Part shown: positions 52,894-64,000 of the stretch, piece by piece
How the letters are laid out: each line of letters opens with the position of its first letter
Position numbering within the stretch: position 1 is the stretch's first letter
Assembly (NCBI GenBank): GCA_951406725.2
Contig: OX597814.1
Coordinates: 18,600,001 to 18,664,000 of the forward strand
Direction of reading: 5' to 3'
Source of the DNA: Octopus vulgaris
Lineage: Eukaryota
DNA: 64,000 bases
Translations under genes and position numbers: made by a program
Notes under the pieces: model-generated
What the model was told of the DNA's origin: nothing
The model's database searches: none
Seen by the model: the letters and a program-made list of their open reading frames with translations, nothing else

Positions 52894-54761
52894 ACACACG
52901 AACAAGCATACACAAAAATAAAACACTCATACACACGCATTCTACGTCTCACAAAGTTTTATCTCCTTTAACTGCCATACGTTAACCTCTTTCTCCTCCG
53001 GCAGCGCCACCTCCACCACCACCAATACCACCACCACCACCACCACCACCACCACCACCACCACTACCAATACGGACATCCTCTTCAGACCTTAACTGCT
53101 TCATCAACATATTATCTCCCCACTTCTCTTCCGAACACATACAAGCACTTACCACCATCACTATGGACACCACCTCTTCCTTCCAACCTACCTAGCAGCT
53201 ATCTCTGCCTCCCTCGGCTCCATCCCGTTCTCTTTCTCACAAACACTTATCTTTTCTCTTTTCTCCTTTTCCTCCATTTGAAACCCTCACCCCGGCATCC
53301 CCTACCACCATCCAGCGACACCTCTATCCAACTTATCAAAGTCACACCTCCTCCTTCCACATCTTCCACCATCACCACCACCACCACCACCACCACCGCC
53401 GCCGCCGCCGCTACCGCCGCCCCGCTCTGACACCACTCACCACGAATCCCACCCTTTATTCTTCCGTCACATCACCTCCTGACACCCTCCAACTGTATAC
53501 ACCCCACAGTCCGACAAGTTCACAACTGTCATCTTCTAACTAACCCTTAAACCCCAACCCACCACGCCCACCTGCACCTGCACCCGCACCTCTCCCTCCT
53601 CACAGCACCCTCATCACGATCTCCCTTGCTGCTGCCCCTTTTTCCTTGCTTTTGTAACCTCCCCACCCACCAATACATACACACCCACACAATAACAACA
53701 CTATTTTCTTTAACAACGCCACCGCCGCCCCCACCACTAGCACAACAAATGGCCGAGGTGCTAGCTAATCTACCTCTATAACATACCACAACCAGCGCCA
53801 TTATCATCACCAGCTTCATCGCCAGCACTATCAGCAGTATCGCTATCAGCACCATCATCGCCGCCAACTTAATCCGAACTACCATCGCCACCAACGCCGT
53901 CTTTATCATATACTGTAGACCTCCACCGCCGACATCATCACAAATCATGAACCAACGACACCACCTCTACCAATAAAATTTCATTAACACAAATGCTAGT
54001 CTATTATTACCTCTCCTCCATCACATTTCCGATAGTAAATGTTATAGTAAAACGCAACCACACTTATCATAACCTGCCTCATACTTATGACACTGCAGCT
54101 ACAACCACAACCAATATCAGTATTACTGTCATAACTGGCCTCACAGCTATAGATACCACGACTATAACCATGGACATTTAATATTATCGCTATCAAAACC
54201 CACCCTATAATTACTGCTACGTCGTCTATAAGCACAGGATTTGTGGCTGTTTACAAGTTGATAAAAAACAAAACCCTTGATTAAACTTTTGAAACTAAAC
54301 CAATTTTATTCAGCAAGGTCGCATTGATGACAGTACCTCATAGTTATTGCTTTATACGACAATTGTTTGGATAGAAATTGTGCGGAAGCTCGTAACACAC
54401 ATATGTGTGTGCATGTGTGTGATTGTGTCTATGTGCACATGTCCTTGGAGTTTGTCTGATTTTCGCAGTCTGACAACCCCTGTTGGTGTGTCTATGTGCA
54501 CATGTCCTTGGAGTTTGTCTGGTTTTCGCAGTCTGACAACCCCTGTTGGTGTGTCTACGTCTCTGTAACTTAGCTATTCAGCAAATAGATTAAGTTCGAA
54601 TATGTTCTATATTTTAAAATAAGAAAATAATAGTGAAGTTGATTTAATCGTCTCAGTCCTCGCAAAGCGGTGCAAAAACATAAAAACCAACAAGAGTATA
54701 AGGAGATCACAGGCGCATGCACACACTCACTGAAACGCATGTACACATGCATGCAATTTTA

Positions 54762-54845
<84 letters not shown>

Positions 54846-54874
54846 GTATATATATATATATATATATATATTAT

Positions 54875-55078
54875 GACCGCGTGTGTACCGTTGGTGATTT
54901 TTTTTCCGTCTTCCCTTCTTTGTATCTTTCCTTTTTATATATTTCTGACGAAGTGCTCCGCTCGAAACGTTAAACCCTCCTTCTTTCCTTCTTTCCTGAG
55001 CGTCCAATAATACTATACTTGTTCCACGTCCTCACGTTGTTGTGTTTTTTCTTTGTGTTTTCATGTTTGGATTAACTT
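54875..55078 (+). mobile_element. Short HHR-containing repeat, second copy
   Basis: UUU-CUGACGA-AGUGCUCCGCUC-GAAACGUU-AAA at 54942-54974; homologous to 32030-32230. Confidence 0.55.
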
Positions 55079-55118
55079 TATATATATATATATGTGTGTA
55101 TGTATGTGTGTGTGTGTG

Positions 55119-55974
55119 TATGGTCTCATCAACAAGTATCCGGACTGTTGCCATAGTAACGAAGCTAAAGTACACAGAGTGAAGCTGCTTGGCAAAGATT
55201 GAACGTCAACTCTGCTGTGCATGCGCACTAAGTTTTAACGTTCTAGCTCACTTCTGTTTACAGCAATGCTTGGAAGGAACGTGTGTAGCGTGTGATCGTC
55301 GCATTGACCATGACAGTGAAAACTGAGCGGAGATTCTGCATCAAATTTTGCCAAAAGCTTTGCGATAACCGCTCAGAGGCCTACGCAAGGTTGCAGAAAG
55401 TGTATTGAGGGGAGTGTATGAGCCGAAAAAATGTCGACGGCGACGAACGTTCTGAGAGACCCGCAACCTGCAGAACTGAGAACGACATCGTTGAGGTGCG
55501 TGAACTGTGAGGGGAAATCGTCCAGTCACCATCAGTGAGTTATCAGAGGATGTGCAGATTAGTTACGGTTCAGTTCAGTCCATTATCACTGAAGATTTGG
55601 GTATGAGACGCGTGTCTGCCATGTCTGTGCCAAAACTGCTTCTAGCTGATAACGCAGCTTGTGCAGCAGTTTTTGGTTAGGCACAGCATTCCCCGGGTCT
55701 GACAGCTACCGTATTCACCAGATCTCGCCCCTTGCAACTTTTTCCTCTTTCCAAAAATCAAATCCCGCTTGGAAGTAAGAAGATTTCAGTAGATCGAAGA
55801 AAACAATGTGAATACGACGAGTCCCAGGAATACTTCCATCAATAGAAACAGGGCTGTATTAAGCGTATGGCTTCTAAAGGGGACTTCTTCGAAGGAGATT
55901 AAATGACAAATTGGTACGTGTTGTAGTTTTGTTTTTATAACACCGGTCCGGATACTTATTGGTCAGACTTCGTA
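55119..55974 (+). mobile_element. Internally deleted mariner DNA transposon
   Basis: Imperfect TIRs (GTCTCATCAACAAGTATCCGGAC / GTCCGGATACTTATTGGTCAGAC) with TA flanks; MTVKTERRFCIKFCQKL N-terminus and PYSPDLAPCNFFLFPKIK motif. Confidence 0.85.
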
Positions 55975-56046
55975 CATATATGAGTGAGTGACCAAATAAT
56001 TTTTTCTTTTGCCCTTACTTATAAATTGTATATATGATTTTGATTT

Positions 56047-56110
<64 letters not shown>

Positions 56111-56111
<1 letters not shown>

Positions 56112-56338
56112 TAAGTAAGGGCAAAAGAAAAATTTTCTAATGCCAAAATATGCTGAAAATAGACACAACGTCAATAACCATTATAATTCGTCACTACAAG
56201 CACGTGTTTCAAAGAAAGCCGACGGAAATTTCAAAAAATCCCGTTATTAGTGTAGTGACGAATTATAATGGTTATTGACGTTGTGTCTATTTTCGGCGTA
56301 TTTTGGCATTAGAAATTTTTTCTTTTGCCCTTACTTAT
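56111..56338. repeat. 88-bp inverted repeat with 52-bp spacer
   Basis: Arms 56111-56198 / 56251-56338, few mismatches. Confidence 0.9.
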
Positions 56339-56426
56339 AAATTGTTTATAAATTTAACTGTTAAAGGTATTTTTTTAATATGCAGACTATTAATGGAATT
56401 TTTTAAGAAAATTTTTATCCTACATT

Positions 56427-56512
<86 letters not shown>

Positions 56513-56523
56513 TATATAGAAGG

Positions 56524-56574
56524 AGCTTCTACAGGACTAGTACTGTTTCATTCAAGAGAAATCTTCAGGAAGCT
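56524..56574 (-). ncRNA. Type I hammerhead ribozyme motif in inverted pLTR
   Basis: Exact reverse complement of 62634-62684. Confidence 0.8.
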
Positions 56575-57002
56575 ATTTAACAAGAATTGTATTAGCATTT
56601 ATACATTTAGGCAGGTTTAAAGGAGTGGTGGTGGGGGACTTTTTTGGGGGTAGGCATAGCGCAAAATATCATACTTGGGGGAGTGGTCAAGGAGTCAGTG
56701 GTAAGTTAGATGAAAGAATAGATAAATAAAAAAATAAAAAAATAAAAAATAAAATATAAAAAAATATAAAAATAAAATATAAAATAAAATAAAAAAATAA
56801 AAAAATAAAAAAATAAAAAATATAAAAAATATATATAAAAAAATATATATAAAAAAATATATATATAAAATATATATATATAAAAATATATATATAAAAA
56901 AAGGGGGGATAGAGTTATAGGTAAATAAGGAGATTCTCACTTATACCTATACACACATGTATACGTATCTACACACACATACATACATACACATATATAT
57001 AT

Positions 57003-57054
<52 letters not shown>

Positions 57055-57504
57055 ACACATACACACATACATACATACAAATATACATATACATATATAT
57101 ATATATACAATCCAATACAGGCCCAATCCCTAATTTTTTTATCTTCATTTATTACTTTTGTTATCTTTGATCGCTAGGGCTAAGAATCCTGGCAATGGCT
57201 GCATGTCCATTTGTCTGTCTACTAGAAGGCAAGTACTCATTCCCGCACGCACACTCATTAGCACGTACATTCACCCATTCGTACACTCATACACATACAC
57301 GTACGCACGCGTTATATTCATACATACAATCATCTACATACGTTCACGTATATACACATACGTACTCGTACCTACAGATTCGTGTCTACACTTTAGGAGG
57401 CTAGTCTATACATATACACCAATAAATATACATATATATATACATACCCGCATGTACATACACACACACACATATATACTCCTACATACAGATACATACC
57501 TATA

Positions 57505-57552
<48 letters not shown>

Positions 57553-57646
57553 CATACACATACACACATACATATACACACACATACATACACATATATA
57601 TACATACACAAACATATATACACACATATATATATACATACACACA

Positions 57647-57696
<50 letters not shown>

Positions 57697-57927
57697 TACT
57701 TACATGCATTTATACGCATACACACACCCATCTATATATATGTATATATATATATATATATATATACACACTCACACATACATATACAAATCTACGCACA
57801 CACATACATACATACATATACGCACGCACATACATCATATACATGCGTACCCATACACGTGCACACACGCACGCGCATCCATATATATACACACACACAC
57901 ACATATATATACACGTGTGCAAGCATA

Positions 57928-59757
57928 AAATGAAAAGCTCCCAGAACCTCCATGTCCCTTCGGACAAGACAAAAAATATTTACGCGGTGACTCCGGATAC
58001 CTATAATAGACTAGCCGATAACGCCATCACAGCTAAATACAAGAAAGTAGACGACGTAGCGCTAACTGAAACCAACTTGGCCGGGAAAGAGATTGCCACC
58101 TCCCTTAAAATCGACGACCGAACAGAACCCCTGAGGGTGAAGTCCCCACACTTCACCCTGAAAGACCACAAAGACCATTTCGAAAATAAACCGTCGGTCC
58201 GTTTGATTAACCCAACCAAGTCTGACATCGGATCCGTCAGCAAGAAGATCTTGGACAGGATTTTACCAAAAATGCGTGAAGCTTCACCCCTTCCACTCTG
58301 GAATAGGACCTCCGAGGCAATAACTTGGTTCCGGGATTTACCAGATAAAAGCAACACCCGATTCCTACAACTGGATATCGAGGATTACTACGCCTCTATA
58401 TCGGAGAGCTTGCTGATCGATGCGATTAACTTCGCCAGGAGGTCCTCCACCATCACCGAGGCCGAGCAAGATGTGATCCTCCACGCACGTAAGACTTTTC
58501 TTTTCTATGACGGATCCCACTGGATCAACAAAAAATCTGTGACCCCTTCGACGTCAGCATGGGTGCTAACGACTCTGCTGAAATAAGTGACCTAGTGGGC
58601 CTTTTCATCCTCCATAGGCTGAAAACCCTATTCACAGGCCTCTCCGGTGGTCTTTACCGAGATGACGGCCTTTTCGCCCTCCACAATATAAACCCCAGGA
58701 CCACGGATGGGTTCCGGAAAAATCTTCACACCTTCTTTAAAAACTTAGGCCTTAGGATTACCCTAGAATCCAACTTAACTAAGGCTAACTTCCTAGATGT
58801 CACCCTCGACTTAAAAACCTCACTTTATTACCCGTACCACAAACCAAATGAATCCCTTAGATATATAGATATCAATTCCAACCACCCCAGAAATATATTA
58901 GATAACCTAGTAAAAAGTGTCTCAATTAGAATCTCTAGCCTGTCCGCCACGGAAGATATCTTTAAGGCCGCAGCCCCCTATTACAACGAGGCCCTGGCCC
59001 GCAGTGGTTTTAAGGATAAGATTACCTACACTAGTATAGCCCCACGCCAACCCAGGAAAAATAGACGAAGACACATTAGCTGGTACAACCCCCCTTCAAC
59101 CGTGAGGTCGCTACACCTGTAGCTAAGATCTTTTTCACTCTCCTACAGAAACACTTCCCCACCCAACATAAGTACTACACTATCCTAAATAAGAACACTA
59201 TTAGACTCGCCTACTCTACCACGCCCAACCTAGCCAGGAACCTAGCCAACAACAATGTGAAAAAACTTAACATATCGACTTTCTCCGGGGCCCATCCAAC
59301 GTCCGATAGCAATTGCAACTGCCATGATAAAACCACCTGCCCCCTCAACAACAACTGCCTACAGAGGGACCTAGTATATAAATGCGAGGTAAGATCAGGC
59401 CTTGACGATAAAAGTAAATCCTACATTGGAATGACGTCAAACAGCTTTAAGACCCGCTGGTATGCACATACACACTCGTTCCGGCGACAGGATAAATCCA
59501 ACCAAACTACCCTCGCCGCCCACATCTGGTACCTTAAAAGGAACTCAATCCCCTTCAAGACCAAGTGGAAACTACTACAGAAGGCGCGCTCGTACACAGG
59601 AGGACATACCTGCTGTGACCTATGCATATCAGAGAGCCTAGAGATCTTGTTCGCCAAAGGCCCTCTCCTTAACAAATTTTCAGAACACTCCCCAAATTGC
59701 ATGCATAAGAAGTATGCGAACTACAAGAACTATAGACCTACCCGGCAACCTGATTGA
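57928..59757 (+). pseudogene. Penelope-like reverse transcriptase + GIY-YIG endonuclease (5' truncated, two frameshifts)
   Basis: [65 protein letters not shown]-x5-CPL-x3-C, LVY..YIGMT..FKTRW..H, CDLC..E..LNK..E...CMH. Confidence 0.92.
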
Positions 59758-59999
59758 TGACAAACCCCCCCTACAACCCCCCCCACAACCCCCCCCCCAA
59801 CCCCACTGTTCCCCTAGCACCCCCGATTACCTTTTCTCCTAAGACCTTTCACATATTATATGTGCACGCTTGTATATGTGTATCATATGTATGTATGTAT
59901 ATATGTATAGAAATGCATGGGTACAGTAGGAATATACGCATGTATTATGTGTGTGTGTGTGTATGTATGCATGTAAAAAAATATATATGTATATATATT

Positions 60000-60052
<53 letters not shown>

Positions 60053-60418
60053 GCTTGTATGTGTGTGTGTGTGTATATGTGTATATGTGTTTGTATGTAT
60101 ATGTGTATATATGTATATGCATATGTATGTGTAAATGTATGTGCTTATGTATGTGTATGTATGTATAAAATATTATATAATTAGGGCTTAGGAAAATAAA
60201 ATAAATTACTTTGCCACATACTAAACTTTCTAGAAATAGCAGCCAATAAAGTTTTTTAGCCTCTTCCACTACTTAGAGAATTTTTTTCCCTCTAACATTG
60301 TTTACTCAAAATAATAATGGTCCCTTTACATACTGAACACTTGATGAAATTGATTAATAACTAATTAACTTTACCCTCCCTTGTTGATATATATATACAT
60401 ATGTATATGTGTACATGT

Positions 60419-60456
<38 letters not shown>

Positions 60457-60714
60457 ATGTGTGTATGTATGTATTTGTATATGTGTGTGTGTATATGTAT
60501 GTGTGCGCGTGTGTGTGTATGTATGTGTATGTATACTTGTATATGTATATGCATGAATGTATATATATGTGTGTGTATATGTGTATTATGTATGTATTTA
60601 TATAGATATGTAGTTTATATATATATATGTATGTATATGCATCTGTCTGTGTGTGTGTATGTGTATATATGTGTATCATTTTTGCGTATGTATACATGTA
60701 TATGTGTATATGTA

Positions 60715-60753
<39 letters not shown>

Positions 60754-60958
60754 GTGTATATATATGTATATATGTATATATGCATACGTATGTGTATGTA
60801 CATGTATATATGTATGTGTGTATATGTATATATGTTTATATATGTGAGTATGTAGTGATATAAGTATATGCATGTGTATGTATGGGTATGTGTATCAGTG
60901 TATATGTATATATGTATGTGTGTGTGTATGTATATGTATGTATATGTGTATATATGTA

Positions 60959-61003
<45 letters not shown>

Positions 61004-61060
61004 ATATGTGTGTATGTATGTGTATGTGTATGTATGTGTATATATATCTATATATGTATA

Positions 61061-61116
<56 letters not shown>

Positions 61117-61655
61117 GGTATGTAGAAAAATACAACATGGACAAGAACGTATAACTCTGAGTGCGTGTGTGTATGCATGCATATATGTATGTATGCATGT
61201 ATATGTGTATGTATATATATGTGTGTAAGTGTGTGCATATATGTATTTGTAAGTATGTGTGCGCGTATGAGTATGTATGTATGCTTGCACACGTGTATAT
61301 ATATGTGTGTGTGTGTGTATATATATGGATGCGCGTGCGTGTGTGCACGAGTATGGGTACGCATGTATATGTGTATGTGCGTGTATGCGTATACGTGTAT
61401 GTATGTATGTGTGTGCGTAGATTTGTATATGTATGTGTGAGTGTGTATATATATATATATATATATATACATATATATAGATGGGTGTGTGTATGCGTAT
61501 AAATGCATGTAAGTATGGATGTATGGATGTATGTATGTATGTATACGTATGTATGTGTGTATGTGTGTATGTATATATATATGTGTGTATATATGTTTGT
61601 GTATGTATATATATGTGTATGTATGTGTGTGTATATGTATGTGTGTATGTGTATG

Positions 61656-61727
<72 letters not shown>

Positions 61728-62175
61728 TATGTATCTGTATGTAGGAGTATATATGTGTGTGTGTGTATGTACATGCGGGTATGTATATATATATGTATAT
61801 TTATTGGTGTATGTGTATAGACTAGCCTCCAAAGTGTAGACACGAATCTGTAGGTACGAGTACGTATGTGTATATACGTGAACGTATGTAGATGATTGTA
61901 TGTATGAATATAACGCGTGCGTACGTGTATGTGTATGAGTGTACGAATGGGTGATTGTACGTGCTAATGAGTGTGCGTGCGGGAATGAGTACTTGCCTTC
62001 TAGTAGACAGACAAATGGACATGCAGCCATTGCCAGGATTCTTAGCCCTAGCGATCAAAGATAACAAAAGTAATAAATGAAGATAATAAAATTAAAATTA
62101 GGGAATGGGCCTGTATTGGATTGTATATATATATGTATATGTATATTTGTATGTATGTATGTGTGTATGTGTAGG

Positions 62176-62216
<41 letters not shown>

Positions 62217-62633
62217 ATATATATATGTGTATGTATGTATGTGTGTGTAGATACGTATACATGTGTGTATAGGTATAAGTGAGAATCTCCTTATTTACCT
62301 ATAACTCTATCCCCCCTTTTTTATATATATATTTTTATATATATATATTTTATATATATATTTTTATATATATTTTTTTATATATATTTTTTATATTTTT
62401 TATTTTTTTATTTTTTTATTTTATTTTATTTTTATTTTTATATTTTTTTATATTTTATTTTTTATTTTTTTATTTTTTTATTTATCTATTCTTTCATCTA
62501 ACTTACCACTGACTCCTTGACCACTCCCCCAAGTATGATATTTTGCGCTATGCCTACCCCCAAAAAAAGTCCCCCACCACCACTCCTTTAAACCTGCCTA
62601 AATGTATAAATGCTAATACAATTCTTGTTAAAT

Positions 62634-62684
62634 AGCTTCCTGAAGATTTCTCTTGAATGAAACAGTACTAGTCCTGTAGAAGCT
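62634..62684 (+). ncRNA. Type I hammerhead ribozyme motif in 3' pLTR
   Basis: AGCUUC-CUGAAGA-U-UUC(ucuu)GAA-U-GAAA-CAG(uacuaguc)CUG-UA-GAAGCU; predicted cut after A62678. Confidence 0.8.
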
Positions 62685-62767
62685 CCTTCTATATAATAAA
62701 TTAATTTTACTCTGCTATGTATTGAGTACCTTACTTACTGTGGTTAACCCCGAATCAACCCGGAACC

Positions 62768-62808
<41 letters not shown>

Positions 62809-62880
62809 GGGAAGCTTTATGAAAATAGACAAAAGACGAAGGCAGGTGGAAAACAAACACACAATTGTATTAGTATGGCG

Positions 62881-62916
<36 letters not shown>

Positions 62917-62921
<5 letters not shown>

Positions 62922-63121
62922 ATCGTCTTCTAAATGTTTCACGTTCTTGTCCCAGTTTGTATTTTTTACATTTACATATATTTATAAGCGCCGACGTACC
63001 CTTTTTGATCCTATACGTAAGTATATATTCTTTAACACATGGTACGACTCTACAACACTGTCTCTCTCCCCTCCTCTCCTACATTTCTCTGCCTTTCACA
63101 CTTTGCACTCCACTTGATCTG

Positions 63122-63181
<60 letters not shown>

Positions 63182-63780
63182 CCTCCTCCTTTTTTCCTTG
63201 TTCCCCTTCTTTCTCTCTTCATCTGTCCCTCTTTTCCTCTCTCTTTCCCTCACGTGACTAGCCACCTATTGCTGGCCTTTCGTGTCCAGCAGCCGTTGCG
63301 GCAAGACACACTTTTTTGTCTCTCTGTACCCCTAAGGCTTTCTTCTAACGCCAGCTCAAAAATTTACTCGTCCTGTCGAAAAGACGCTTGTCTGTGACGT
63401 CCTGTTTTTGTTGTTATTATTATTATCATTATTGTTTTTACGTATTTTTGTATTCTTATTCGTGCTATCATTATTGTTTTTACGTATTTTTGTATTTTTA
63501 TTCGTGTAACATCGTCCGTTTTTCCGTCCTTGTTTTGTATACATTCGAGGCTTTCTTCCAAGGAATCTAATGCGCTAGGCTTAGATTTTCCTTTGGGGCT
63601 GGCCAGATCGGAGCAATCTCAAGATTAATCAGCCGAAATTGCGAAGATGATCCGGTTCTTGACTGAAGATTGAAGGCTTCGAATGTCCCGTCCGTGTTTT
63701 TTGTATCGTCTTCTAAATTTTTCATGTTCTTGTCCCAGTTTGTATTTTTTTACATTTACATATATTTTTTTACATTTACA
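62917..63780. repeat. Unclassified repeat bounded by a ~65 bp direct repeat
   Basis: TTTGTATCGTCTTCTAAAT...CCCAGTTTGTATTTTTTACATTTACATAT at 62917-62980 and 63700-63765. Confidence 0.55.
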
Positions 63781-63794
63781 TATATATATATATA

Positions 63795-63973
63795 TAGGCA
63801 CAAGAGTGGCTGCGTGGTAAGTAGCTTGCTTACCAAGCACATGGTTTCGGCTTCAGCCCTACCGCGTGGCAACTTGGGCAAGTGTCTTCTACTATAGCCT
63901 CTGGCCGACCACAGAACTTAGAACGGCAAACGAAATACCGCACCCGGCGTGCTAACGTTTCTGCCAGCTCGCC
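63795..63973. mobile_element. SINE A head (+) fused to a SINE B fragment (-)
   Basis: Family A to 63912, then reverse complement of GGCGAGCTGGCAGAAACGTTAGCACGCCGGG. Confidence 0.75.
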
Positions 63974-64000
63974 GAAACAGAAACGTATGGCTTACCATAC

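Larger units (their letters stand above)
56508..62770 (+). mobile_element. 5'-truncated Penelope-like retroelement (Naiad-type) with inverted pseudo-LTR, inserted in (TA)n
   Basis: 56508-57927 is the reverse complement of 61280-62700; RT-GIY-YIG ORF lies between; ~70 bp unpaired tail 62701-62770; (TA)n on both flanks. Confidence 0.9.

Noticed and set aside
57843-57927. N-terminus of the 247-aa ORF as part of the RT protein
   Set aside because: It is read-through from the microsatellite-rich inverted pLTR; RT homology starts at about 57928.
60181-60192. TTAGGG telomeric seed
   Set aside because: Only one to two imperfect units.

Overview
AT-rich, microsatellite-saturated eukaryotic DNA. The tRNA-derived SINE families suggest an octopus genome (recognised from memory, not by search). 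No intact host gene can be supported, and almost all ORF-track entries are translated microsatellites. The protein-like content is transposon-derived: a 5'-truncated Naiad-type Penelope-like retroelement (RT + GIY-YIG, 56.5-62.8 kb) with a 1.4 kb inverted pseudo-LTR, two 3' ends of a Hero-like RLE non-LTR retrotransposon, a composite Helitron carrying a PIF1 helicase fragment and a 166-bp tandem array, a small Helitron, a deleted mariner and a CR1/L2 remnant. There is also a nested 1.3/2.5 kb tandem duplication. The most notable signal is the density of hammerhead ribozyme (HHR) motifs from at least five unrelated repeat families. These include (i) a Hero 3'UTR motif with all HHR core strands in a non-canonical, pseudoknotted order, (ii) a tRNA-headed SINE-like element carrying an HHR and a Penelope-type terminal inversion, and (iii) HHR-only fold-back mini-elements at duplication junctions. 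All structures were paired by eye; activity is untested.
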